This document shows positions 1 through 8,876 of a DNA stretch of 60,210 nucleotides, piece after piece. The notes under the pieces were generated by a model, which saw nothing but the letters and a program-made list of their open reading frames with translations, was not told the origin of the DNA and did no database searches. Positions within the stretch are counted from its first letter, which is position 1. Every line of letters begins with the position of its first letter. Source of the stretch: Methanosarcinales archaeon (lineage in GTDB: Archaea > Halobacteriota > Syntropharchaeia > Alkanophagales > Methanospirareceae); contig JAODGH010000039.1 of the NCBI GenBank assembly GCA_025464325.1, positions 1 to 60,210 on the forward strand, given 5' to 3'. Position numbers and translations under genes: made by a program.

Positions 1-1605
1 TTAAAAGATTGCGTGGCACAGCACTCATTATTATAATCCTTATTTTCATAGAACCAGTTAGCAAAGCCCCATAACAATATCAAACTCTTCTCCTTCTCCA
101 GCACTGCGAGAACTTGCCGGAGCTTTTCAATATGATACGCCTCTATTGGGTATTTAGCCTCAATAACCGCAGTCTGAACAGCATGCATCGAGTAAAAATT
201 GCCCTCTCGCCTGATGAAGAATTTCCGCACTACACTGCCCAGAGCATAAGCATCGTCAAAATCCTCTAAATCGCCATGGAATATGCACTCGTAAAACTTC
301 TCAAGCACATCGAACTCAATTGCTGGAACCGCCCTCAGAGCAAGTGCAATGCTTCTCAATATGCTCTTTTCACTTGTACTCAACAACCTTCTTTCTTCGT
401 TATCCAGGAATTCCAGATGGTTACGCCAGATCTCAAAAGAGCTATCAGGAAGCGTTCTCAGGTCGTCCATCGTCAATCTCTTCTTACCCTGCGCTTCTGC
501 TGTGGCGAACAGCGAAATCACGTAGTAAGGCGTGCCATCCCCTGCTTCGAGCAGTCTTTCCTTAACACTTTCGGCTTCAACATAAACCTTAAAATACGCA
601 GCACATTTCTCGATGAGCTCCTTACTCCTGAAATCCTTCAGCTTTATCTCCACCGGCTGGAATTGATAAACCCCGCTCCACATTCTCGATGCGCCGATGA
701 ATACGAATTTCTTACCCTGCTCCCCGGTTAATCGCTCAATTTGAAGAATTGTGTTATTAATCAGTTCGCTCTTGACCTTATGGAGGTCATCCCAAATCAA
801 AATGAATGACCGGTACTTCTGTAATTCCGCATCCAGACTATTTATATTATCCTCGCGGAAGAAGCTTCGAATCAAAACGAACCGCTCATAGCCCTTAAAA
901 ACATCAAGAGCAAGTATTCTCTGTATAAACCGCGACTTACCTATACCCGACTTTCCTGTCAGCAGCAACTTGTTATTTTTGGCTTCCAGCGCGTTCTTCA
1001 CCTCTTCGAGCTCGTCTCGTTCAACATACTCGATTTGTAGCTTACCGACTGTGAGCTCGTTACTCACTTTATTTAGATCAGAAGTAATCAGAAAAGGTCT
1101 TGATTCCGCCTCTTTTGCTCTTTTCACTTCATCTAATAGCCATTCTAAATGCTGTTCAACACGTTTTAACGCTTCATCTGTGATGACGCCCTGGCGTACC
1201 AATCCCCCAAGTTCAATAACCACGAACTCCTTAAACGTCTTATCCCTACTGATGGCTTCTCTGGAAAACAACTCGTAGTAGTTCTTCGCTAAATCTTCAA
1301 AAACGTCGCTACGTCCTCCGAAATACCGCGAAATCAATACCTGCCGGGTTTCTTCTCTAAAGTCTAACCCCCGCAACTCACGAAGTACTTCATCATTGCT
1401 ATTCAGATTGTTCAGTATCGCTTTCGCTTCTTTGTCATCCGATCTGTTTATGGTTTCGCTTAACGCGATCTTCAGAATTTTTAAAAGCGTCCCTCTCCCC
1501 GATCCTCGTAATTAACTTCCTGGCAAGTGCACCTGTGCTTATAATATCGCCTATTCCGATCCCTGAGACCAGCCCAAGCCCGGTGGCAATTAACTGCTCT
1601 ATCAT
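1..1605 (-). pseudogene. STAND/NB-ARC-like P-loop ATPase (NLR-like), frameshifted near the 5' end and running off the window start
   Basis: Manual translation: the minus frame is stop-free from ~1510 to 1. It contains YVERDEL, Walker A GKSGIGKS (933-956), Walker B ILIWDD, IGASR, GTP (GxP) and YSMHAV. The N-terminal piece MIEQLIATGLGLVSG (ATG 1605) is in another frame and stops at 1435. Confidence 0.75.
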
Positions 1606-1616
1606 TTCATATCCTT

Positions 1617-1656
1617 CACAATCAAATGAATACCAGCACAATCAAATGAATACCAG
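1617..1656. repeat. Exact 20-bp tandem duplication CACAATCAAATGAATACCAG x2
   Basis: 1617-1636 is identical to 1637-1656; it duplicates the last codons and stop of pdaD. Confidence 0.95.
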
Positions 1657-2115
1657 CGCGACAACGACCGATCCAGACATACCGGCTTCTACCACCGCAG
1701 TCTCCACTTCTATTCGCTTGATATCCAGCTCCAATTTGCGGCTGTCCGCCATACGAACGAGTTTCGTCCTTATTTTGTCCTCTATATAAACGGCTGTGTG
1801 GTGCCCATGATGTTCACAGATAATACCAAACGCAGTGCTGTTATTGCTATCCACGAGCCAGCCATAGCCGACACCCGCACCAATCAATTCACCCGACACA
1901 CCGTCCATACGCGACATCACACAGAATGTTATCTCACCCGGTGTCCGGTTGGTTGCCAAATCCGATAGCTCCTCGGCGTCCGGAGGCAGGATAGAGGAAA
2001 CCGTAACCAGATTACATTCGCCTATACCCGCATTCTGCAACGCAAGATCGAAAGCAACATCACGATCGTACGCGATGCCCGTGCCCGAGGTAATAAAGAA
2101 CGCTCGTGGTATCAT
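1642..2115 (-). CDS. pdaD: Pyruvoyl-dependent arginine decarboxylase
   Basis: 157 aa; AFDLAL..AGI..NLVTVSSILPP with Ser-Ser self-cleavage site. Confidence 0.88.
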   Translation of the reverse strand: MIPRAFFITSGTGIAYDRDVAFDLALQNAGIGECNLVTVSSILPPDAEELSDLATNRTPGEITFCVMSRMDGVSGELIGAGVGYGWLVDSNNSTAFGIICEHHGHHTAVYIEDKIRTKLVRMADSRKLELDIKRIEVETAVVEAGMSGSVVVALVFI

Positions 2116-2154
2116 CTATTAAATATTATAACCTACCTAAATATAAGAAGAGCT

Positions 2155-2865
2155 ATGTCAGAAGTCTCGCCAGAGGTATCTCTCGTCCTGCCTGCGTATA
2201 ATGAGGCAAAACGTATACGAGAGACCGTGGATATCGTTGCTGACAAATTGGGTGCGATCTCACGAGCATTTGAGATCATTATAGCGGAGGATGGATCCAC
2301 CGACGGTACCGATAAGATAGCCGAAGCACTTGCAATAGAACGTTCTTATGTGCGGCATCTGCACAGTGATACCCGATTGGGTCGTGGTAGAGCGTTGAAA
2401 CACGCATTTCAACTCGCAAAAGGTGATATCCTGGTGTATATCGACGTTGATCTCGCGACAGATATTGCACACCTCAAAGAGCTGATTGGTTACATACGTG
2501 CGGGCTATGATATCGCAACCGGCTCGAGAATGCTGAAAGGTAGTGATGTAAAACGATCACTAACGAGATTGATCGCGAGTAAGGGCTTCAATCTCCTCAC
2601 ACGGGTTATATTGAGGTCTTCGTTGCGAGACCATCAGTGCGGGTTTAAAGCATTCAAACGTGACTCGCTATTCGCTATTCTGGACGAGATCAGGGATGAC
2701 CACTGGTTCTGGGATACGGAATTACTGATACGTGCACAGAGAGCGGGCTATAAAATCAAAGAGTTCCCGGTACGATGGCGATCTCCATCCGATACGAAGG
2801 TAGATATGCGCCGTGACGTGTTTGGAATGGCATATCAGATATTCCGGCTCTGGCGAGAATTATAA
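2155..2865 (+). CDS. GT2 glycosyltransferase, dolichol-phosphate hexosyltransferase-like (AglD/DPM1 type)
   Basis: PAYNE, EDGSTD, DVD, DHQCGFKAF and WFWDTELL motifs. Confidence 0.88.
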   Translation: MSEVSPEVSLVLPAYNEAKRIRETVDIVADKLGAISRAFEIIIAEDGSTDGTDKIAEALAIERSYVRHLHSDTRLGRGRALKHAFQLAKGDILVYIDVDLATDIAHLKELIGYIRAGYDIATGSRMLKGSDVKRSLTRLIASKGFNLLTRVILRSSLRDHQCGFKAFKRDSLFAILDEIRDDHWFWDTELLIRAQRAGYKIKEFPVRWRSPSDTKVDMRRDVFGMAYQIFRLWREL

Positions 2866-2867
2866 TA

Positions 2868-4028
2868 TTATTGGATAGGCGATTGCATCTTGCGGAATAT
2901 CGTCGGGCATAAAATGCTCGTTATCAGTGCTAACAGTATGATCGCGGATTCCATCGTCCGGTCTATAAGCTCCAGCTGCAACCCAATTGCCGCCATCGCT
3001 ATTATCAGACTCAGTCGTGACGATAGCAGAATACCCGCGGCTAAGCTCTCTTTTAACGAATGACGGAGGCTGAACAGCAATGACGGTAATACCTTGACCG
3101 CTAATGCCGCAAGAAGTAATTTCGGTAATACATAGATACCACCGCTCGTCAGAGCCCATACATCGAAATGCATACCCACATTTATAAAGAAGATCGGGAT
3201 GAGGAACCCGTAACCGATGCCAAAAAGCTTCTGTTCTAAGACCGTACCGCCACGAAACAGTAACGAAAGCATCACACCGGCGAGAAAAGCGCCCAGTATC
3301 GCTTCCACATTCGATATCTCCGCTAAAGCTACGAATACGAGTAACAGTGCGAAAGACGCACGCACACCTATCTCTGATGGCTGATCTGATTTGAACCACG
3401 TGGATAACCGCTCAGGATAGTGCCATATCGCAAGTTTACCCACATAGTAGATCACAAAGAAGAGCGCAAATACAAGCGTGATCAGCGCCATCTCCATCGT
3501 CAACCCCTTCTTCAGATACAGTGTGTAGATCGTGATGAGTAATACGGTACCAAAATCGGCAATGAATGCCGATACCAGGATCGTTTGACCGTAATCGGTC
3601 TTTAAGAGCCCCAGCTCCTTTATCGTCGGTACCGTCAGCCCGACTGCGGAACTCGATAGCAATATGGCTGCAAATACGCCATATCTGGTACCAAAGAGCC
3701 CCACCTCCAGCATCAGGTACACTGATAGGGCAATAGTGAGGCAGAAAACGAAGAACCCTATTATAAACGGCTTTATACCGTGTACCGCAGTGCCCGTGAA
3801 ATCTACCTCCAGACCAACGAGGAACATCAGGAATATAAGCCCAAAGTTCGCCAGGAAATCTATTATTATCTGCCCCTCACCCGTTATTGATACGCCCAGC
3901 ATGCTCAGGAATATGCCGCATAAAATCTCACCGACCACTGCGGGAACGCCTATCTTGGACGATAAAAGCGGTATTATGAACGCAAAACCCGCTATTATCA
4001 GTAAAAGCACATTTGGACTTATATCCAT
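2868..4028 (-). CDS. Cation:proton antiporter (CPA2/Kef-type membrane domain)
   Basis: 386-aa polytopic membrane protein; LMFLVGLEVD, ILGAFLAG, FLIPIFF. Confidence 0.88.
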   Translation of the reverse strand: MDISPNVLLLIIAGFAFIIPLLSSKIGVPAVVGEILCGIFLSMLGVSITGEGQIIIDFLANFGLIFLMFLVGLEVDFTGTAVHGIKPFIIGFFVFCLTIALSVYLMLEVGLFGTRYGVFAAILLSSSAVGLTVPTIKELGLLKTDYGQTILVSAFIADFGTVLLITIYTLYLKKGLTMEMALITLVFALFFVIYYVGKLAIWHYPERLSTWFKSDQPSEIGVRASFALLLVFVALAEISNVEAILGAFLAGVMLSLLFRGGTVLEQKLFGIGYGFLIPIFFINVGMHFDVWALTSGGIYVLPKLLLAALAVKVLPSLLFSLRHSLKESLAAGILLSSRLSLIIAMAAIGLQLELIDRTMESAIILLALITSILCPTIFRKMQSPIQ

Positions 4029-4040
4029 CGCCTTTTAGTA

Positions 4041-5198
4041 TCACACCACCGTTAATACCGAGCAGGGTGCGTCATTTATTATCCTCTTTATCAGGTCACC
4101 CCGGATAACCCCGGTACCTCGCCACGGTATCACTGCGAGCTGGTATTTACCGCATTTCACCGCCTTCACTACTTCTATCATTGGGTTACCTTCCACCCAA
4201 TTCTCCTTTATCCGTACGTTCGCTTTCGCACCCTGTCTCTTCAGCCATTCAACTTCGTCTATTACCACCCCCTGCTCACTTAGAATGAGCAGATCTAACT
4301 CGGCACCACTCAGGTGGGCTAACAGGAGTGAATACCTGCAAACTGAATCAACACTCTCAGAGGAATCGATAATCGCGAGAATACGCTCATAATATCTGAA
4401 TGTACGTGCCACAAGTACCGGACGCGATGCGCATCTTATCAGTTTCAGTACCACACTCCTGCCGAGCAATCGATCCATGAAACCAAGCTCTTCCTGGTCG
4501 ATTATTATACAATCAGGATGATAATGGTGCTCTTTCACCCGCTCTAATATTACGCAACCGTGATAACGCAAATGCCGCTTTAGTATCTGCATCAGGTGCT
4601 CTTCCTCTATCAAAACCCGCAATCGCACACCCAGCTCTGCCGCAAGCATCTCCATTGCTCTACGATCTATATCAGGCGAAGTTATCACCGTGAGCTCAGC
4701 TTTTGCAGCCGATGCAATGAGTAACGCCTCTTTAAATGCCTTTCCTACCGCCTTTTCATTCAAAATAGGAACAAGAATCTTATTGAATGGTACATCCACA
4801 CCCTCCTCCTCAGGACTCCGTATCAGGTTCGCTACAAGATTCGCCACCAGCTTTGAGGGCAGCATTATGTACTCCACGCCCAGTTCCGCAAATCGCTCCT
4901 GATCCTCCGGATCCTCCACACGGACTATTATCCTCGGCACACCGTATCGCTTCGCAATCGCTGCTGCACGGTAGTTCACATCATCATCGCTCGTCAGTGC
5001 TATGAAGGTCCCAACATCGTCCAGACCAACCTGCTTCAGTAACTCCTCATCACTACCGTCGCCTATGACAACCTTTACCCCGTCCAGACATTCCAGTTGC
5101 GCCTTCTTAGCTGGATTGATCTCTATTATTACCGCATCTGGTAACTGAGTAGCAAGCTCTTTACCCGCTCTTCCGCCTCCTATTATAATCGTCTTCAT
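4041..5198 (-). CDS. TrkA-N (RCK) domain fused to universal-stress-protein-like domains
   Basis: IIIGGGRAG and GDGSD Rossmann motifs; C-terminal USP-like segments ending PVLVAR and PCSVLTV; directly upstream of the CPA2 gene. Confidence 0.8.
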   Translation of the reverse strand: MKTIIIGGGRAGKELATQLPDAVIIEINPAKKAQLECLDGVKVVIGDGSDEELLKQVGLDDVGTFIALTSDDDVNYRAAAIAKRYGVPRIIVRVEDPEDQERFAELGVEYIMLPSKLVANLVANLIRSPEEEGVDVPFNKILVPILNEKAVGKAFKEALLIASAAKAELTVITSPDIDRRAMEMLAAELGVRLRVLIEEEHLMQILKRHLRYHGCVILERVKEHHYHPDCIIIDQEELGFMDRLLGRSVVLKLIRCASRPVLVARTFRYYERILAIIDSSESVDSVCRYSLLLAHLSGAELDLLILSEQGVVIDEVEWLKRQGAKANVRIKENWVEGNPMIEVVKAVKCGKYQLAVIPWRGTGVIRGDLIKRIINDAPCSVLTVV

Positions 5199-5451
5199 CC
5201 AGAGTAACTAAAAGCCCCTTATGATATATTTGCATTACAACAGGTTAAATACTTTATTGAGCCCGTGTTGAGACATTTGCAATATCTTTCCATTTATTAT
5301 CCTTTGCCTGACCGATGAATATCGATGTATGTAACGTTTTTTTATTTTATTATTTTATAACTTGCTTTTTTATATGTCCATGGGCTGGCGGCAACGAAAC
5401 GCCTTGCCCCTGCGGGAGCATATGTTCCCGGAACTAACGTTATGATAAAAG

Positions 5452-5952
5452 ATGCGTATAGAAGACGAGCATAGGAACGCGATATTGAAGATACTGGAGA
5501 ACAACGCGAGGCTGACCGATAGAGAGATAGCGATTCAAACGGGTATTGAGGAATCGAAAGTGAAGGAGATCATAAAGGAACTGGAGAACCGGGGCATAAT
5601 AAAGAAATACAAAGCGATCATAAATTACGAAAAAGCGGGTATAGAGACCGTCCAGGCTCTGCTGGATATTAAAGTCGTGCCGGAACGGAACAAGGGCTAT
5701 GATAGCATCGCCGAGCGAATATCGCGATTCCCGGAGGTGAAGTCCGTGCGGTTGGTCTCTGGTGAGTATGACCTCTCGGTACTGGTCGAGGGCAGGACGA
5801 TGCGCGAAGTTGCTTATTTCGTCGCGGAGAAGATCGCACCTCTTGAGCACGTTCGTAACACCGTGACACATTTCCTGCTACGCACGTACAAGGAGAACGG
5901 CGAGATGCTCGAGGAAGAAGAGGAAGGGCGGAGATTGCGCGTGACATTATAA
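5452..5952 (+). CDS. Lrp/AsnC family transcriptional regulator
   Basis: N-terminal HTH (ILKILENNARLTDREIA) and RAM domain (LVSGEYDL). Confidence 0.92.
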   Translation: MRIEDEHRNAILKILENNARLTDREIAIQTGIEESKVKEIIKELENRGIIKKYKAIINYEKAGIETVQALLDIKVVPERNKGYDSIAERISRFPEVKSVRLVSGEYDLSVLVEGRTMREVAYFVAEKIAPLEHVRNTVTHFLLRTYKENGEMLEEEEEGRRLRVTL

Positions 5953-8517
5953 AATCAGCCGCAAGCTGACTATTTCAAATGGCTTTACTGTCAGTTCTAT
6001 CCGTCTGCCGGTTATCTTCAATTCCCTTGTATCCGGCTCCGGCTCTTCCAGCAGGTTCACCACTTTCACCGTTTTTGGCGCTCTGAAGAGCGTTATTTCT
6101 GCATCCGTAACATTGCCCTGCGTCTCATAAAACCTCAGGATCACTCCTCTCTCATCTTCCGCTCGCTTCAATGCCGCTAAAATCACATTTGCCGGCTTGA
6201 TCTCAATGAACGAACATTTACGCGGCAGTTTAATACCTCGTGGTAATTGCATCGCATCCATATCACAATTGAATTCCAGCGCACGGCGATATGAAGCAGC
6301 AGCCCGCCAGTCGCCATCGTGTGGATATATCGAATATCGAAACACGTATTTCTTCAATTCCTGTGCGTCCATAACCGGTATTGCGGGACCCGACGTACCA
6401 TCGGATGATAGTACAGAAACGCTCCTCAGTAATGTCAGATAGATATCCCCGTCCCTTATCTCGTTCTCCGGTATACCCCTGTGGATAACCGTGACGCCTT
6501 TATTACCATCAGAATAATCGAGCCATTTCAGAGATGGATAGATGCCACTGGGCGGCTCCACCCAATCTTCAGCATCCTCTGACCTGCCGTGATCGGTCGG
6601 ACGATTTACAACACCAAACTGGCTACCACAGGCATAATCCCGTACTCTCATGTCCGTACGGAATCTGATCCTGAGTCGTGCTCGCGGATGCTTATCTTCT
6701 ATGAATGTTATGAAATCAATTCTCGGTATGTCACGATAGATAATTATCTTCTTCTTGCATTCAAGGAACTTATGCCGCCATAAACGGGGCTCCAGCTTAT
6801 CTGTCAGTCTGTATGGCCATCGTAACGAGAAATAATTGGTTTCTATGTTGATGACACGTCGCAGAGGGCTTTTGTTCACCCAGAAGTTGTCCACACGGAA
6901 TGCACCGTACACCACACCCTCGCCGCTTTCTGTCTTCAGCGGTATGTCCAGTCTCTGCCGGTGATAATACAGATCCCCGGTCTCCTCCTCCAGTACGAGC
7001 TCATTGCCTCTGCATATCCGCTTACCTGAACGGCTGGTAACGTCGATCAAACCCGTAGCAGGATCAACTTCGACCGAGAAGAAGCGATTCTCTATGGTAT
7101 TGCCCCGCATTAATATATAGTTCCACTGTCGATGTCTGGGCTTACGTTCAAGAATCCTATACACTTTATAACCCATTGCGGGAACCGTGGCTACAAATCC
7201 GATCTTCGCGTATCGTAACGAATCATCATCGTGCTTTGCAAATTTTATTAGCTCAACGTCTATCTCCTCCCCACCGCTCTTCAAGCCACCTATCGTCACC
7301 ACCCGCCCACGCTCGAAATACATCTCCATCTCAACCCATGTACTCGCTTCCCACGACAGCGGATTGAATACTACTATGTCTCCGGGCTCACCATCGTCTG
7401 TCGCTTCCTCTGCCAGTATTGTATTGAATATACGCGGCGTTAGGGCAAATAGTGTGGTCCTCAGGTAGCCCATGTACTGCCTTATCTCCTCATAGCCGCG
7501 ATCCATGCCCGTGCCCGGTATGACATCATGAAAAGCACTGAACAGTATCTTCTGCCAGCATCCCAGCAGGTCATCGAACGGATAGAAACCGCGCAATAAA
7601 TACGCTACTGTAGCCCAGCGTTCGCACCGTAGCAACCAGCACTCATAATTACAAAGCCCCAGTTTCAGCCACATACGGCTTGAACTGCAACTCGGAAACA
7701 CCCTGGAGTATCGTCCTGAATACATCTCGCCCTTTCTGACCTCGAGATTAGCTTCCTCTGCCTCCTTCTCCATCGCTTCGAAGAATTCGCCCGGTGTCGC
7801 GATCTTCATTACTGCCACGTCACCTTTTTCTTCATTCCATGCCCGTACTGCATCCGGCATATCTGGCTGTGGCAGTGTTACCTCATCGCCCGAAGGCATA
7901 AGTATGTGCGATGTCGCTGCTAACTCCTTCAGTTCCTTATAGCTCTCCTCCAGCTTCGCCATGTTCAGGTCCAGACCTGCCCGATACCCGAGTGGCATCC
8001 AGTGCGCTAAAATCCGTGTACCATCGAGCCCTTCCCACAGGAATTCCGATGGCTTACGTTCCGGTACGCCCCTCCGGAATGCTACATACCGGTAACCCGC
8101 TTTTTTATATATCTGTGGTAACTGGGCGTTCAATCCGAAGCTATCTGCCTGCCACATCACCGGTACATCAACGCCAAATCGTTGCTTTGCATATCGCTTA
8201 CCCGTTAATATCTCTCTTATCAGCGTCTCACCATCCGGGAGCATCGTGTCCGCCATGAGATATTCTCCATCAGCGATCTCGATCTTGCCCGCCTTTATTG
8301 CATCCGATATCCGCGAGAACAGTTCCGGACACCGTTTCTCCATCTCCTCCAGCAGGTAGGTCTGTTCTATCACAAACCTGAAATCCACCTGATCAATTAG
8401 TTCTGCCACAGTCCTCAGAACAAGCATGAGGTTGATGTACAGATGCTCCTCTTTCGTGAACACCCAGAGCGCGTCGAAATGCGCATGTGGAACGAGATAA
8501 ATCGTGTCCTTCTTCAT
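5947..8517 (-). CDS. GH38 alpha-mannosidase-like glycoside hydrolase
   Basis: HAHFDALW zinc motif, WQADSFG nucleophile region, FHDVIPGT, LTLLRS; no signal peptide. Confidence 0.88.
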   Translation of the reverse strand: MKKDTIYLVPHAHFDALWVFTKEEHLYINLMLVLRTVAELIDQVDFRFVIEQTYLLEEMEKRCPELFSRISDAIKAGKIEIADGEYLMADTMLPDGETLIREILTGKRYAKQRFGVDVPVMWQADSFGLNAQLPQIYKKAGYRYVAFRRGVPERKPSEFLWEGLDGTRILAHWMPLGYRAGLDLNMAKLEESYKELKELAATSHILMPSGDEVTLPQPDMPDAVRAWNEEKGDVAVMKIATPGEFFEAMEKEAEEANLEVRKGEMYSGRYSRVFPSCSSSRMWLKLGLCNYECWLLRCERWATVAYLLRGFYPFDDLLGCWQKILFSAFHDVIPGTGMDRGYEEIRQYMGYLRTTLFALTPRIFNTILAEEATDDGEPGDIVVFNPLSWEASTWVEMEMYFERGRVVTIGGLKSGGEEIDVELIKFAKHDDDSLRYAKIGFVATVPAMGYKVYRILERKPRHRQWNYILMRGNTIENRFFSVEVDPATGLIDVTSRSGKRICRGNELVLEEETGDLYYHRQRLDIPLKTESGEGVVYGAFRVDNFWVNKSPLRRVINIETNYFSLRWPYRLTDKLEPRLWRHKFLECKKKIIIYRDIPRIDFITFIEDKHPRARLRIRFRTDMRVRDYACGSQFGVVNRPTDHGRSEDAEDWVEPPSGIYPSLKWLDYSDGNKGVTVIHRGIPENEIRDGDIYLTLLRSVSVLSSDGTSGPAIPVMDAQELKKYVFRYSIYPHDGDWRAAASYRRALEFNCDMDAMQLPRGIKLPRKCSFIEIKPANVILAALKRAEDERGVILRFYETQGNVTDAEITLFRAPKTVKVVNLLEEPEPDTRELKITGRRIELTVKPFEIVSLRLIL

Positions 8518-8539
8518 ATTACAGGCGCCAATAGCTCAG

Positions 8540-8875
8540 TCAGCATACCTGACTGCCTGGTGGTACTTCCCTGTCCGGGTGCAGCAGTACGGGCTTGCCA
8601 TCAACAACAACAGCGAGAAGCATGCCCTGACTCTCCTCTCCCATCAGCCGTACTGGTTTCAGATTCACCAGTACGGGTACGAGTTTACCAGTGAGCTGTT
8701 CGGGATTGTATTCACCAGCAATGCCCGCAACGAGCTGTATGGTCTGACTCTCACCGATATCCACATCGAGTTTTATCAGCTTCTTACTGCCCTTTATTCG
8801 TACCGCATTCTTTATCTCTCCTATTCGAATGTCCAATTTCTCAAAAACCTCTATTCCTATCGTCTCTTTTTTCAT
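8540..8875 (-). CDS. Stand-alone tRNA-binding OB-fold protein (MetRS C-terminal/Trbp111/CsaA-like)
   Basis: FEKLDIRIG, QLVAGI, NLKP..LMGEESQGMLL; start placed at ATG 8875, 1 nt after the gatE stop. Confidence 0.85.
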   Translation of the reverse strand: MKKETIGIEVFEKLDIRIGEIKNAVRIKGSKKLIKLDVDIGESQTIQLVAGIAGEYNPEQLTGKLVPVLVNLKPVRLMGEESQGMLLAVVVDGKPVLLHPDREVPPGSQVC

Positions 8876-8876
8876 A

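Noticed and set aside
5380..5455. SAM-I riboswitch (CGGCAAC and AAAGATG present)
   Set aside because: Lacks the ATC-AGAG and kink-turn/pseudoknot core; kept only as an unassigned structure
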